From Candidatus Deferrimicrobiaceae bacterium (GTDB lineage: Bacteria > Desulfobacterota > Deferrimicrobia > Deferrimicrobiales > Deferrimicrobiaceae): DNA of 64,000 bases. Positions 37,785 through 49,632 of this stretch are shown here, one piece after another. The stretch lies in assembly GCA_963792415.1 (NCBI GenBank), contig CAWBVY010000010.1, forward strand, positions 65,751 through 129,750, written 5' to 3'. How positions within the stretch are numbered: the stretch's first letter is position 1; the number at the start of each line of letters is the position of its first letter. A model generated the notes under the pieces. It had not been told where the DNA came from. It was given only the letters and a program-made list of their open reading frames with translations, and ran no database searches. The translations under genes and the position numbers were made by a program.

Positions 37785-37845
37785 CCACCGCTCCCCGGGA
37801 TTCCATTAGGATAAAACCGCCCCCCCATGATAGCGCAGGAGGGGG

Positions 37846-38724
37846 TCACGGGAACAGGACGTCCGCGAGGAGCGCGAGGAGCAGCAGGGTCAGGTAGGCG
37901 ATCGAGGCGGCGAACGCGCGTCCGAAGCGACGGGTCGCCACGGTGTCCCGGTAGAAGACGGCGAGAAACCCCGCCCCGAGCAGGAAGGCCGCCCACCCGA
38001 AGCGCGCGGAGAGGTACCCCAGCGCCCACAGCGACAAGGACAGGGGGAGCAGCGCCGCCGCGTACAGGAAGATCAGCACCTTGGTATACGGCTCGCCGAA
38101 CGCCACCGGGAGGACCGGAACGCCCGCGGCGCGGTACTCCGCCTGGTGGCGCAGCGCGAGGGCCCAGAAGTGGGGCGGCTGCCAGAGGACGAGGATCAGG
38201 AACAGGAGAACGCCGTCCATCCCCAGACGCGGATCCACGGCGGCGTACCCGATGAGGACCGGCAGGGCGCCGGGGATGGCGCCGGGGATCGTCCCGTACG
38301 GCGAGCGGCGCTTCCACACCAGCGTGTAGAGGACCGCGTACCCTGCCGCCGCCGCGGCGAGGAGAAGGGACGTCGTGGCGTTGAGGAAAAGGGCCGAAAG
38401 GAGCAGCGAGGCCGCGATCGCGGCGACCGCGGCCGCGGCGACGTTCCCGCGCCCGAAGGCCCGCAGGGCGGCGATGCGGCGGTCCAGGCGCGGCATCTTC
38501 TCGTCGATTCCCGCGTCGAGGACCGTGTTCAGGGCGGCGGACCCGCCCGCCGCCGCGAGGATGCAGGTCAACGTGAGCAGCGCCTTTCCGGGCGCGGGAA
38601 AGGCTTTCCCGGCGAGGACCATCCCGGAGAGGCCGGCCAGGGTCACCGCGGCGACGATGCCCGGCTTGACCAGCAGGATCGCGGACGGCTTCCCGGGCGG
38701 GGTCAGCTCCGGGGCAGGGATAAC
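37846..38724 (-). CDS. ctaB: Protoheme IX farnesyltransferase (start not evident)
   Basis: LVKPGI, LNTVLDAGIDEKMPR, YTLVWKRR, GAIPGALP, WQPPHFWAL. Confidence 0.9.
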   Translation of the reverse strand, partial: VIPAPELTPPGKPSAILLVKPGIVAAVTLAGLSGMVLAGKAFPAPGKALLTLTCILAAAGGSAALNTVLDAGIDEKMPRLDRRIAALRAFGRGNVAAAAVAAIAASLLLSALFLNATTSLLLAAAAAGYAVLYTLVWKRRSPYGTIPGAIPGALPVLIGYAAVDPRLGMDGVLLFLILVLWQPPHFWALALRHQAEYRAAGVPVLPVAFGEPYTKVLIFLYAAALLPLSLSLWALGYLSARFGWAAFLLGAGFLAVFYRDTVATRRFGRAFAASIAYLTLLLLALLADVLFP

Positions 38725-39578
38725 GCCGCCCCTTCCGCGCGGGCCGCGTTCACCCACAGGTGGGCCAGGACCGACAGCATCCCAAGCGCCACGGCAAGGT
38801 GCAGCGCCGTCGCGAGATAATGGAGCCCGGAGAGCACCACCAGGGCCCCCACGCCGATCTGGGCCGCGACGAGGACCAGGAACGACAGGGCGAGGGGACG
38901 ATTCCCCCGCTGGCGCGGGTCCCGCCGGACGAAGAGGTAGAGCATCGCCGCGGTCAGCAGCACGAGGTACCCGAGCGTCCGGTGGGAGAAGTGCGCCAGC
39001 ACGGGCCCGGCGAAGAGCGGCGGGACCCACTGCCCGAGGCAGGCCGGGAAGTCCGGGCAGGCCAGCCCCGCGTCCAGGTGGCGGACGAAGGCCCCGAGGG
39101 AGGATTGCGAATAGACCAGGGCGACGACGGAGAGAAAGAGGGCCGCCGGACCGCGGAAGACGAAGAGGGGCCGTTCACGCTCCCCGTCGAACGTCATCAT
39201 GTAGAAGGCGAGGAGGAAGACGAGGAGTCCGGTCATGAAGTGGACCGTGGTCAACCGGACCGGCGTTTCGAGGAGGACCACGGCGCCGCCCATCCCGATC
39301 TCCGCGAGGAGGAGCGCGATCGCGAGGACAGGGACCGTGCGTGCCGATCCCCGGTATTTCCCGAACCGGCGGGCCGCCAGGGCGACCAGGCACACCGACG
39401 CCACGGCCGCGATGACGCGATGCCCGAACTCCATGTAGATGTCCCAGCGGAACGGGGGGAGGATCTTCCCGTGGCACAGCGGCCAGTCGGGGCACGCCAG
39501 TCCCGCCTTGAGCCCCGCCACGAGGTTTCCCCACACGAGCAGCAGAAACAGCAGACCGACGGTCACCCGGCCGAGCAT
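38703..39578 (-). CDS. ctaA: Heme A synthase
   Basis: AGLACPDWPLCHG, EFGHR, AGLACPDFPAC, HFSHR. Confidence 0.92.
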   Translation of the reverse strand: MLGRVTVGLLFLLLVWGNLVAGLKAGLACPDWPLCHGKILPPFRWDIYMEFGHRVIAAVASVCLVALAARRFGKYRGSARTVPVLAIALLLAEIGMGGAVVLLETPVRLTTVHFMTGLLVFLLAFYMMTFDGERERPLFVFRGPAALFLSVVALVYSQSSLGAFVRHLDAGLACPDFPACLGQWVPPLFAGPVLAHFSHRTLGYLVLLTAAMLYLFVRRDPRQRGNRPLALSFLVLVAAQIGVGALVVLSGLHYLATALHLAVALGMLSVLAHLWVNAARAEGAALSLPRS

Positions 39579-39630
39579 CGGCGTCCCCCTTCAGGAATGC
39601 GGATACGGGGATTATCCCCGCCCCGGGCGA

Positions 39631-39909
39631 TCAGCGCAACATCGTGTCGGTGAGCGTGCCGATGAGGATGAGGGAGAGGAAGACGATCGGGAACAGCGCG
39701 AACCCCCACACCAGCCGGCTCTCGCCCTTCAGATGCATGAAAAAGAGGGCCACGAGGGACGCCTTCGCGGAGGCGATCAGCAGCGCGACGACCACGTTCC
39801 AGAGCCCGAGGTCGACGTAGGAGACGAGGACGGTGACCGCCGTGAGCAGCAGCAGGGCGACGAACACCGCGATTCCGGTACGGCGATGCTGTCCGGTTCC
39901 GTGGGCCAT
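39631..39909 (-). CDS. Cytochrome c oxidase subunit IV
   Basis: LLLLTAVTV..KASLVALFFMHLK. Confidence 0.88.
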   Translation of the reverse strand: MAHGTGQHRRTGIAVFVALLLLTAVTVLVSYVDLGLWNVVVALLIASAKASLVALFFMHLKGESRLVWGFALFPIVFLSLILIGTLTDTMLR

Positions 39910-39917
39910 GGCTCCCC

Positions 39918-40514
39918 TCACCCGATCAGGTAGAGCAGCGGGAACAGGTAGATCCACACCAGGTCGACGAAGTGCCAGTAGAGCCCCGACATCTCCGCGG
40001 GCGTGTACCAGGCTTCCGAGAGCCGCCCGAGGCGCGACAGGACGATGACGTACGACAGCACACCCATCCCGAGGAGCACGTGGATCCCGTGCAGCCCGGT
40101 CATCATGTAGTAGAGGGAGAAGAAGATATTGGTGTCCGGGTAGAGCCCGTGGTGGAATTTCGCCGTGTACTCGGTGTACTTGACGAGGAGGAAGACGGCC
40201 GCCAGCAGGATCGTCGCGCCGAAGTACGCCTCGAGCAGCCGCGCCTTCCCCCGCTTGATCGCGTCCACCCCGAGCACGACCATCAGCGAACTGGTGATGA
40301 GGACGACCGTGTTCACCGCGCCGAGGACCCGGTCGAGCTTCGCGTGCTCCGCGTGAAACATCTCCGGGTACTTGACCCGGAAGACGGTGTAGGCCGTGAA
40401 GAGCGCGCCGAACAGCAGGACCTCGGTGGCGAGAAAGGTCCAGACGCCGAGCTTTGCCGCCTCGAAGGCGACGGCCGGATCCGCGTGTTCGCCCGGTTGC
40501 CCGCTCATCGCCAC
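39918..40514 (-). CDS. Cytochrome c oxidase subunit III
   Basis: GVWTFLATE, NTVVLITSS, TGLHGIHV, LYWHFVDLVW. Confidence 0.95.
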   Translation of the reverse strand: MAMSGQPGEHADPAVAFEAAKLGVWTFLATEVLLFGALFTAYTVFRVKYPEMFHAEHAKLDRVLGAVNTVVLITSSLMVVLGVDAIKRGKARLLEAYFGATILLAAVFLLVKYTEYTAKFHHGLYPDTNIFFSLYYMMTGLHGIHVLLGMGVLSYVIVLSRLGRLSEAWYTPAEMSGLYWHFVDLVWIYLFPLLYLIG

Positions 40515-40515
40515 C

Positions 40516-42126
<1,611 letters not shown>

Positions 42127-42139
42127 CTTCTTGACCGCC

Positions 42140-43090
42140 TCACTTCAATGTCTTCAGGTACTCGACGACCGCCTTGACGTCCTCCGGGGGGATCGAGGCC
42201 TTGAAGGTCGGCATCACGTTGGGGTACCCCTTCACGACCTTCGCGCCCGGGTCCACGATCGACTCCCGCAGGAATTCCTCGTCCGCGGTCACGCTCTCCC
42301 CCCCTTCGATGGGGACCTTCGAACCGTACAACCCGCCGAAGTTGGGGCCGATCTTCTCCTTCCCGTCGACCGCGTGGCAACTGAGACAACCGGCGCTTTC
42401 CACGATCCGCCCGCCCCGGACGGCAAGGGGTTCGCGCTCCCCGCCCTCGCCCCCCTCCCGTCCGCCGTGCTCCACCCACTCCGCGTATTCGTCCTGAGGC
42501 ATCACGATCAACCGGGCCAGCATGTTCGAGTGGCCGGTCCCGCAGTAGACCGTGCAGAAGATTTGATAGCTTCCGGGCCGGTCCGGTTGCACCCAAAGAA
42601 TGGTCACCCTGCCGGGGATCATGTCCATCTTCACCCGGAAATCCGGCAGGTAGAATCCGTGGAGGACGTCGGACGCGGAGAGGAGGAACTTCACCGGCTT
42701 CCCCACCGGCACGCGGATCTCGTTTATCGCCGTCCGCCCGTCCGGGTACTTGATCTCGTACAGCCATTGCCGCGCGTTGACGTGCACCTCCGTCGCCCCG
42801 GCGACGGGGATCCGCTGGTCGGTGTAGACGCGCCAGCCGTAGTAGAAGATGACCACGACGACAATGGAAGGAATCAGGATCCAGAGAAACTCGAGCAGGG
42901 GGTTGCCGGTGATGTCGGGCGTTTCGTTGTCCCGGTCCGGTTGGCGACGCCGGTACTTCACGGCGAAATAGATCAGCAATCCCTGGGTGAGGAAGAAGAA
43001 GAACCCGCAGATGACGGCGATCATCACGAAGAGCGCGTCGACCCGGCCCGCCTGGCTGGAGGCCGCGCCGAACGCGAGGACGTTGTCCAT
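42140..43090 (-). CDS. ctaC: Cytochrome c oxidase subunit II with C-terminal cytochrome c (caa3-type)
   Basis: DVLHGF, Cu[13 protein letters not shown], heme motif CLSCH. Confidence 0.95.
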   Translation of the reverse strand: MDNVLAFGAASSQAGRVDALFVMIAVICGFFFFLTQGLLIYFAVKYRRRQPDRDNETPDITGNPLLEFLWILIPSIVVVVIFYYGWRVYTDQRIPVAGATEVHVNARQWLYEIKYPDGRTAINEIRVPVGKPVKFLLSASDVLHGFYLPDFRVKMDMIPGRVTILWVQPDRPGSYQIFCTVYCGTGHSNMLARLIVMPQDEYAEWVEHGGREGGEGGEREPLAVRGGRIVESAGCLSCHAVDGKEKIGPNFGGLYGSKVPIEGGESVTADEEFLRESIVDPGAKVVKGYPNVMPTFKASIPPEDVKAVVEYLKTLK

Positions 43091-43920
43091 CACTCCCCTT
43101 TTCCCCGTTGCCCCGCCGACCCCCCGTACCTCCGCCACAGGACCGCGAAAAGCCCCGCGAGCAGGATCAGGGTGACCGCGCCCGCCGCCTTCATGACGTT
43201 GCGGGCGTACAGGATGTACTTCTTCCCTACCGGGTCGTATTTGAAACAGTACATTAGAAGCGCATTTCCCGCGGAAGATGCGCCGATCTTTCCTTCCGAC
43301 GCCTCGATGAGGGCGAGTTTCAGGTCCCGGGGGTCGATCTCGACCCCGTGCAGATACCGGGAGACGGTTCCGCCGGGGGAAAGGACGATCGTCACGGCGG
43401 GGTGGGCGAACTCCCGGCCGACTTTCGCATAGCGGTACCCGACGCTTTCCGCGAGCCGCCGGATCGATTCGGAGCTCCCGTACAGGAACGGCCACCGCGC
43501 GTCCCCGTCCCGCACGCCCGGCATCAGCGCGTGCGTCTCGTTCGCCTTTGCCCGGGCGATCTCCGGGATCTCGTCCGGGTCGATGCTCACCGTGACGACC
43601 CGGTAGTCCCGCGCGAGGGAGAATCCCTTCATCTGCGTCATCGTCGCGGCGAGGCTCCGGAACGTCAGGGGGCAGAGCATCGGGCAGGTGTAGTAGTTGA
43701 GGGTGAGGAGGACCGGGCCGTCGCCGAGATAATCCGCCAAACGGACCGCCTTCCCGGACGCGTCGGTGAACGGAAGGTCGCGCGGAATCGCCGCGCCAAG
43801 CTTCTCGTCCACCCCTACCTTCTGCAGGATGGCGTCCTGCGGGTCGGCCGCGCCCGCGGCGGCGGGGAGCAGCAGCACGAGAACGCAGGGCAGAACGTGG
43901 CGAAGAGCGGAACGCCGCAT
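43090..43920 (-). CDS. SCO-family copper chaperone
   Basis: Signal peptide, YYTCPMLC, FAHPA, C-terminal TM. Confidence 0.92.
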   Translation of the reverse strand: MRRSALRHVLPCVLVLLLPAAAGAADPQDAILQKVGVDEKLGAAIPRDLPFTDASGKAVRLADYLGDGPVLLTLNYYTCPMLCPLTFRSLAATMTQMKGFSLARDYRVVTVSIDPDEIPEIARAKANETHALMPGVRDGDARWPFLYGSSESIRRLAESVGYRYAKVGREFAHPAVTIVLSPGGTVSRYLHGVEIDPRDLKLALIEASEGKIGASSAGNALLMYCFKYDPVGKKYILYARNVMKAAGAVTLILLAGLFAVLWRRYGGSAGQRGKGE

Positions 43921-45320
43921 CAGACGACCAGCGGCTGGCCGGGCGAGGGAACCTGCGGGAGCCACCCGAGCTTCTCTTTCAGCGTCCCGGCGAATTCGAG
44001 GGAGACGGACTCCTCGCCGTGGGAGACGAAGACGCTCCCCGGGGGGGCCTGGAACCGCCCCGCCCACGCGAGGAGGTCGTCCCGGTCGGCGTGCGCCGAG
44101 AGACCGCCGATCGTGTACACGTCCGCGGCCACGGCGATCTCCTCCCCGAAGACCCGCACCCGCTTCGCCCCGTCGACGATCTTCCGGCCGAGGGTCCCCT
44201 GTGCCTGGAACCCGACGATGATGACGCTGCTCTCCTTCCGCCACAGGTTGTGTTTCAGGTGGTGCTTGATCCTTCCCGCGGTGCACATCCCGCTCCCCGC
44301 CATCAGGATGCCCCCCCCCTGCAGGGAGTTCAACGCGCGGGACTCCTCCATGTTGCGGACCAGGACGACCTTCAGCGCGTCGGGGTGCGCCTCGCGCCAC
44401 GCGAAGAGGTCGCGCGTCTCCTCGTCGAAGCACTCGGGGTGACGCATCGTGATCCTGGTGGCCTCCGCGGCCAGCGGGGAGTCGATGTACAGCGTGATCC
44501 CCGACAGGCGTCCTTTCCGCGTCAGGTCGGTGAGGAGGTACAGGATGTCCTGCGCGCGTCCCACCGCGAACGACGGGATGACGACGTTCCCCTTCTTCCG
44601 GTAGAGCGTGTCCTCGACCGCGTGGACGAACTCCTCCACCGTCTCCTCCATCCCCTTGTGGACCCGGTTCCCGTACGTCGACTCGATGACGAGGGCGTCG
44701 GCCCGCTGGACGGGGACGGGGTCGCGAACGATCGGCAACCCCCGGTGGCCGAGGTCGCCGGTGAAGACCAGTTTCTTCTCCCTCCCCTCGTCCGCGACGG
44801 TCACGGTGACGATCGCGGAGCCGAGGATGTGCCCCGCGTCGAGAAAGGCGGCGGAGACCCCCGGCCCGGCGGCGACCGGCTTCCCGTAGGGGACCGGCCG
44901 CAGCGCGGGCAGGACCGCCAGCGCGTCGGCCTCCGTGTAGAGCGGGGGAACCTCCCGCCTCCCTCCCCGTTTCCGCCTCCGGGTTTGCCACTCCGCCTCC
45001 CTCTCCTGGATGTGCCCCGAATCGGGAAGCATCACCCCGAGGAGGTCCGCGGTCGCGGAAGTGCAGTGGATGGGGCCGCGAAATCCGTCCCGCACGAGTT
45101 TCGGGAGCAGTCCGGAGTGGTCGATGTGGGCGTGGGTCGAGAGGACGAAGTCGATCGACGCGGGGGGGACCGGCAGCCGGCGGGCGTTCTTCCGGTCGCT
45201 CTCGCCTCCCCCCTGGAACATTCCGCAATCGACGAGGAACCGGTTGCGCGCCGTCTGCACGAGGATGCAGGAGCCGGTGACCTCCCGCGCGGCGCCCAGG
45301 AACGTCAGGGTGACGCTCAT
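43920..45320 (-). CDS. MBL-fold beta-CASP ribonuclease family protein
   Basis: THAHIDHSG, AGHILGS, ESTYG, FAVGRAQ, GSGMCTAGR, LSAHAD, HGE. Confidence 0.93.
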   Translation of the reverse strand: MSVTLTFLGAAREVTGSCILVQTARNRFLVDCGMFQGGGESDRKNARRLPVPPASIDFVLSTHAHIDHSGLLPKLVRDGFRGPIHCTSATADLLGVMLPDSGHIQEREAEWQTRRRKRGGRREVPPLYTEADALAVLPALRPVPYGKPVAAGPGVSAAFLDAGHILGSAIVTVTVADEGREKKLVFTGDLGHRGLPIVRDPVPVQRADALVIESTYGNRVHKGMEETVEEFVHAVEDTLYRKKGNVVIPSFAVGRAQDILYLLTDLTRKGRLSGITLYIDSPLAAEATRITMRHPECFDEETRDLFAWREAHPDALKVVLVRNMEESRALNSLQGGGILMAGSGMCTAGRIKHHLKHNLWRKESSVIIVGFQAQGTLGRKIVDGAKRVRVFGEEIAVAADVYTIGGLSAHADRDDLLAWAGRFQAPPGSVFVSHGEESVSLEFAGTLKEKLGWLPQVPSPGQPLVV

Positions 45321-45655
45321 TGGACCACCGTCGTGAGGATCCAGGAGACGACGGAGAGGAGGACGGACCCGACCACCGCCGCGAGAAAGCCGTTCACGTG
45401 GAACCCGGGGACGAAGTAGGAGACGAGCAACAGGAGCAGCCCGTTGATCACGAGGAGGAAGGCCCCCAGCGTCACCACCGTGACGGGAAGGGTCAGCAGC
45501 ACGAAGAGGGGGCGGATGACCGCGTTCACCAGCCCCAGCACGAAGGCGGCGGCCAGCGCCGCCATCACCCCGTCGACGGTGACGACCTGCGGCAGCAGGT
45601 ACCCGATCAGCAGGAGCGCGACCGCGTTTGCGACCATCCGGATGAAGAACGGCAT
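45317..45655 (-). CDS. Phage-holin-like (YvlD/DUF360) membrane protein
   Basis: LGLVNAVIRP..LTLP..TLGAFLLVING. Confidence 0.88.
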   Translation of the reverse strand: MPFFIRMVANAVALLLIGYLLPQVVTVDGVMAALAAAFVLGLVNAVIRPLFVLLTLPVTVVTLGAFLLVINGLLLLLVSYFVPGFHVNGFLAAVVGSVLLSVVSWILTTVVQ

Positions 45656-45730
45656 GGAGTCCCCCCTTTGAATCGTGGGTTAGAGATATCCTACCCCAAA
45701 ATATTGCGAGGGCGCCGCCGGAACTCTCTC

Positions 45731-45847
45731 TTCGGCTGTGTCGCCTCGGAGGGCGAGGCTCCGTTCGTGGCTCGCCGTGCGATGAACCTGCACGGCTGCG
45801 CTTTACCTCACTTCGCCCCCCCTCCTACGGCGCCTTCGCCGGACCCT
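45731..45847. repeat. Dispersed structured repeat, copy 3 of 3 (internally deleted)
   Basis: TTCGGCTGTG joined directly to TCGCCTCGGAGGG..; overlaps the 3' end of the ChaN-like gene. Confidence 0.9.
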
Positions 45848-47097
45848 CCCCTTGAGTGCCCCTTCGGCTTCGGCATCCGGAAGAAGGTGAGGTCGAGGGT
45901 CTTCTCCTCCCCGCCGCGCCGGACGGTGACCCGCGCGGTGTCCCCGTCCCGCTTCTCCCCGACCCGGAAAAGGACGTCGACGGTTTCCTTCACCGGCTGC
46001 CCGTCGAGCGCGAGGAGCTCGTCCCCCTTCGCGATCCCGGCGATCGAAGCCGGGGATCCCTTTGCTACCGATTCGACGAGGAGGCGCCCCTCCTTCTCCT
46101 CCATCCGGATCCCCATGCGGACCCGCTTCTCCTCGATGCTGTTGAACGGGACATACCAGAGGAAATGGGCCGGGAGCAGCGGGACCTCGGGAAGATCCAC
46201 CCGCATCATCCGCCCTTCCTGCTGCTCCGGCGTGCTGATCTCCTCGGGGAGGAGGATCGCGTACGCCATCGGCATGCGGCGGATCACCTTCTTCGGAAGA
46301 CCGAAACCGTACTTCACGTGCCAGCCGCCGGTGACCGTCACCATCCGCTTCCCCTCCCCCCGGGGGCTCTCCAGGTAATCGACCACCTTCCGCGCCATCG
46401 TCTCCTCCCAGAGGAGCTGGACGCGAAGGAAGGCGTCGAACGATGCGTCCCCGCCGCCGTGCCCCGCGTGCCCCCCGAAGACGCCGCGCAGGACGGCGCG
46501 CTGCCACGGGTCGATCTCGCCGGTCTCCGGGAGCTTCCGGCGAAGGTCCTCCGACACGTTGTCCAGCCCCGTCCGGCGGACCGCTTCCTGCAGCTCCTTC
46601 GGCGGATTCAGGGCGATCACGTCGATCCGGTTCTCCCGCGCGAACAGGAGCAGGTCCCGGTACGCGCCGAAGTCGAACCCCCACGTCTCGTACCATTTCG
46701 AGGCCTTCAGGAACTCGAGCTCCGTGAGCTCCCCCTTCACCCATCGGTCCAGAACCGCCTGCTGCGGCTCCCGGAACATCTCCATCCCGACGGCGACCTT
46801 CCCGGGGAAACGGCGATGGAGTTCGCGGACGACGGTCAGCTCGACCCGCTGGTCGTTCAGGTTGTCGTGCGTCTCCCCCACCGCCACCAGGCGGGCGCCG
46901 GAGAGCATCTCGATCATCCCGTCGACGGAAAGCCGCAGGCCCGTGGGGAGGTGGAGGATCTCCTCCACCTTCGGCGGGTCGGACGGCGGGTACGGCATCT
47001 CGGCGCTCCCCGTCATCGCGGCGCGGTTCGCGGCGCACCCCGCGAGGAGCAGAAGCCCGGAAACCCCGGCGACGCATCTCCATGCCCGGAACCGCAT
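45808..47097 (-). CDS. ChaN/Tiki-superfamily lipoprotein with C-terminal PDZ domain
   Basis: LLAGC lipobox, VGETHDN, GMEMF, GGWHVKYGFG, PDZ SPASIAGIAKGDELLALDG. Confidence 0.85.
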   Translation of the reverse strand: MRFRAWRCVAGVSGLLLLAGCAANRAAMTGSAEMPYPPSDPPKVEEILHLPTGLRLSVDGMIEMLSGARLVAVGETHDNLNDQRVELTVVRELHRRFPGKVAVGMEMFREPQQAVLDRWVKGELTELEFLKASKWYETWGFDFGAYRDLLLFARENRIDVIALNPPKELQEAVRRTGLDNVSEDLRRKLPETGEIDPWQRAVLRGVFGGHAGHGGGDASFDAFLRVQLLWEETMARKVVDYLESPRGEGKRMVTVTGGWHVKYGFGLPKKVIRRMPMAYAILLPEEISTPEQQEGRMMRVDLPEVPLLPAHFLWYVPFNSIEEKRVRMGIRMEEKEGRLLVESVAKGSPASIAGIAKGDELLALDGQPVKETVDVLFRVGEKRDGDTARVTVRRGGEEKTLDLTFFRMPKPKGHSRGGSGEGAVGGGAK

Positions 47098-47244
47098 CGA
47101 TTTCCCCTCTCCCGTTTCCACGGCATCGTCGTTTCCCACTCATCCATAGATACGAAATCCGGGAGGGAAGTTCCATCCTCCCATTGACGAATCCGACGGA
47201 TCCATGTAGTTTCCCCGATCGGCTCCTGCTCCAGAACAAATCGA

Positions 47245-47870
47245 ATGAAAGAAGGGAACCGTTTGATCCGCGGCGTCATATTCGACTTCGGGAACGTCAT
47301 CTGCTCTTTCGACGTCGATATATTCCTCGCGAAGCTCCAGGGATGGTCCGGGCTCGACGTGGAGACCTTGCGCGACCGCATCTACGGGTCCCGCCTCCAC
47401 TCGCGGTACGAGCGCGGCGAGATCTCCTCGGTGGAATTCCACCGGGAGGTCGTCCGCCGGATCGGCGCGGACGTTCCCGCCGAGGAACTCGCGGAAGGGT
47501 TCTGCGACATCTTCACCCCCCTCGAATCGACGCACGGGCTGATCCGGTACGCTCAAGGGGAAGTACCGACTCGGGCTGCTCTCCAACACCAACGAGTGGC
47601 ACTATCTGCGGCAGATCCGCAAGGTGCCCGTCTTCTCCCTCTTCGACACGGTCACCCTCTCGTTCGAGGTCGGCGCCCTCAAGCCGGAGCCGGAGATCTA
47701 TCTCGATGCCCTGCGCAAGCTCTCCCTCCCGCCGGAGGCGTGCGTTTTCATCGACGACATCGGGAAGTACGCGGAAGGCGCCGCCGAGGTCGGCATCCGG
47801 GGGATCCGGTACACCGGCCACGCGGAGCTGGTTCGGGAGCTCTCCAGCCTGGGTGTCACTCCCGCCGTAA
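47245..47870 (+). CDS. HAD-family phosphatase (frameshift near 47548; end approximate)
   Basis: IFDFGNV in one frame; LLSNTN, KPEPEIY and FIDD in the next. Confidence 0.85.
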
Positions 47871-47886
47871 AAACCGGTCAAACGGA

Positions 47887-49140
47887 TCAGGAGAGGGGAG
47901 AATCCTCGTTTTCCGGGGCGGGCCGGGTGGCGCGGTCGACGATCGCCGGCGGTTCGATGTCCCCGCGGTCCGAGGTCACGCCGAGATCCCGCAGCCGGCG
48001 CGCCCCCGGGAGGACCCGCGACTCGTACGACCCGACGGCGCTGTTGTAGGCGGAAACCGCCTTGTCCAACCCGTCGCGGATGTGGGAAAAATGCCCGGTG
48101 AATTTCCCGATCCGGTCGTACATCTCCTTCCCCAGCCGGCTGATCTCCTGTGCGCTCTCCGAAACCTGCTCCTGGCGCCATCCGTAGGCGACGGCCTTCA
48201 GCAGCGCGATGAGCGTCGTGGGGGTGGCGAGGATCACCCGCTCGCCGGCGCCGAATTCGATGAGCCCGGGGTCCTGCTCGAGCGCCGCGCTGAAGAACGT
48301 CTCGCCCGGAAGGAACAGGACGGCGAACTCGGGGGCGGGGGCGAACTGATCCCAGTACCCCTTGGAGGCCAGGGAAGACAGGTGGGCGCGGATCTGCCGG
48401 GCGTGATCCTTGAGCCGCGCCGTCCGGGTCGCCTCGTCCGGCGCTTCGAGGGCCTCGAGGTACGCGGAAAGGGGGGCCTTTGCGTCCACCACGATGTTCT
48501 TGCGGTTGGGAAGCCGCACGATCATGTCGGGGCGGAGGCGACCGTCCTCCGTGGTCACGCTCTCCTGCTCGACGAAGTCGCAGTGCGCGAGCATCCCGGC
48601 GATCTCGACGACGCGCTTGAGCTGGATCTCCCCCCAGCGACCGCGGACGGCGGGAGCCCGCAGCGCCTTCACCAGGTTCGCCGTCTCGGACTGCAGACGC
48701 CCCTGCGTGTCGATCAGCGAACGGATCTGCTCCGCCAGCGTCGCGTCGGCGGCGAACCGCGCCTTCTCGAGCTCCCCGATCTTCGAGTCCACCTTCTGAA
48801 GGGAGTCGCGCATCGGCAGCAGCAGCGCGTCGATCGCCTGCTGTCGCATCTCGAGGTCGCCGCGCGCGCCTTCCTGGAACGTCTCCAGCGTGGACTTCGC
48901 GAGCGCGAGGAAGGACTGGTTGTTGCTGCGCAGCGCCTCCGAGGAGAGGGCCTGGAACGCCTCCCTGAGCTTCTCCCTCGCCTCGTTCAGGACGGCGAGC
49001 TTCTCGTCCATGAGCCGCTCCTGCCCCTGCAGCCGTTCGGCGAGCGTCGCCACCTGTCCCGCGCGGAGGAGCCAGCCCGCGGCCACCCCCGCCGCGAGCG
49101 CGACGAGGGCGATGACGATGACGGCGGTGACGCCCATCAT
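47887..49140 (-). CDS. rmuC: DNA recombination protein RmuC
   Basis: [41 protein letters not shown]. Confidence 0.95.
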   Translation of the reverse strand: MMGVTAVIVIALVALAAGVAAGWLLRAGQVATLAERLQGQERLMDEKLAVLNEAREKLREAFQALSSEALRSNNQSFLALAKSTLETFQEGARGDLEMRQQAIDALLLPMRDSLQKVDSKIGELEKARFAADATLAEQIRSLIDTQGRLQSETANLVKALRAPAVRGRWGEIQLKRVVEIAGMLAHCDFVEQESVTTEDGRLRPDMIVRLPNRKNIVVDAKAPLSAYLEALEAPDEATRTARLKDHARQIRAHLSSLASKGYWDQFAPAPEFAVLFLPGETFFSAALEQDPGLIEFGAGERVILATPTTLIALLKAVAYGWRQEQVSESAQEISRLGKEMYDRIGKFTGHFSHIRDGLDKAVSAYNSAVGSYESRVLPGARRLRDLGVTSDRGDIEPPAIVDRATRPAPENEDSPLS

Positions 49141-49574
49141 TCGTCCCCCGCGTGCACCGCGCAGCCGCAGACGCCGACGCCGCACTCCTCGATCGCGGAG
49201 GGAACGGCGGAGAAGTGCGCCGACACCACCCGGGGCACGTCCTCGCCCGTCTTGATCCAGAGGGTGGCCCGGATCCGCGCCTCGGCGATCCCCTCCTCCG
49301 CGTCCTCCAGCACGATCTTCTGGATCGCGTGGAGGACGGCGATCCCGCCGAAGTCGTCGCAGCGCAGAAGCTCGAAGGACATCCGGCCCGTCGCGTCGAA
49401 CGCCGCCTCGAGCATCGCCGAGTAGGCGTCGCCGTCGATCAGTTCCCCGGTGAAATCCTCGAAGACCGCGAACCGCGCGTCGGACAGGTCGAAGAAGGTC
49501 CGCATCCCCTCCGGGTCCCTGTCGTTGTACGCCCCCGCGTACCGGTCGAGAAATCCCAGCGCGTCGAACCCCAT
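49137..49574 (-). CDS. NTF2/SnoaL-like protein
   Basis: [22 protein letters not shown]; Cys-rich tail ECGVGVCGC. Confidence 0.7.
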   Translation of the reverse strand: MGFDALGFLDRYAGAYNDRDPEGMRTFFDLSDARFAVFEDFTGELIDGDAYSAMLEAAFDATGRMSFELLRCDDFGGIAVLHAIQKIVLEDAEEGIAEARIRATLWIKTGEDVPRVVSAHFSAVPSAIEECGVGVCGCAVHAGDE

Positions 49575-49632
49575 GATCCGCCCCTTCACGATGGTAGTAC
49601 GGCCATCATACCAGAGTGGTACGATACCCCGC

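Noticed and set aside
45317-45655. Holin-like gene as prophage evidence
   Set aside because: The YvlD/DUF360 family is commonly chromosomal, and no phage genes are nearby.
47870-48049. HAD ORF extension overlapping rmuC by ~160 nt
   Set aside because: Homology ends near ELSSLGV and a TAA lies one frame away at 47868-47870; probably another indel.
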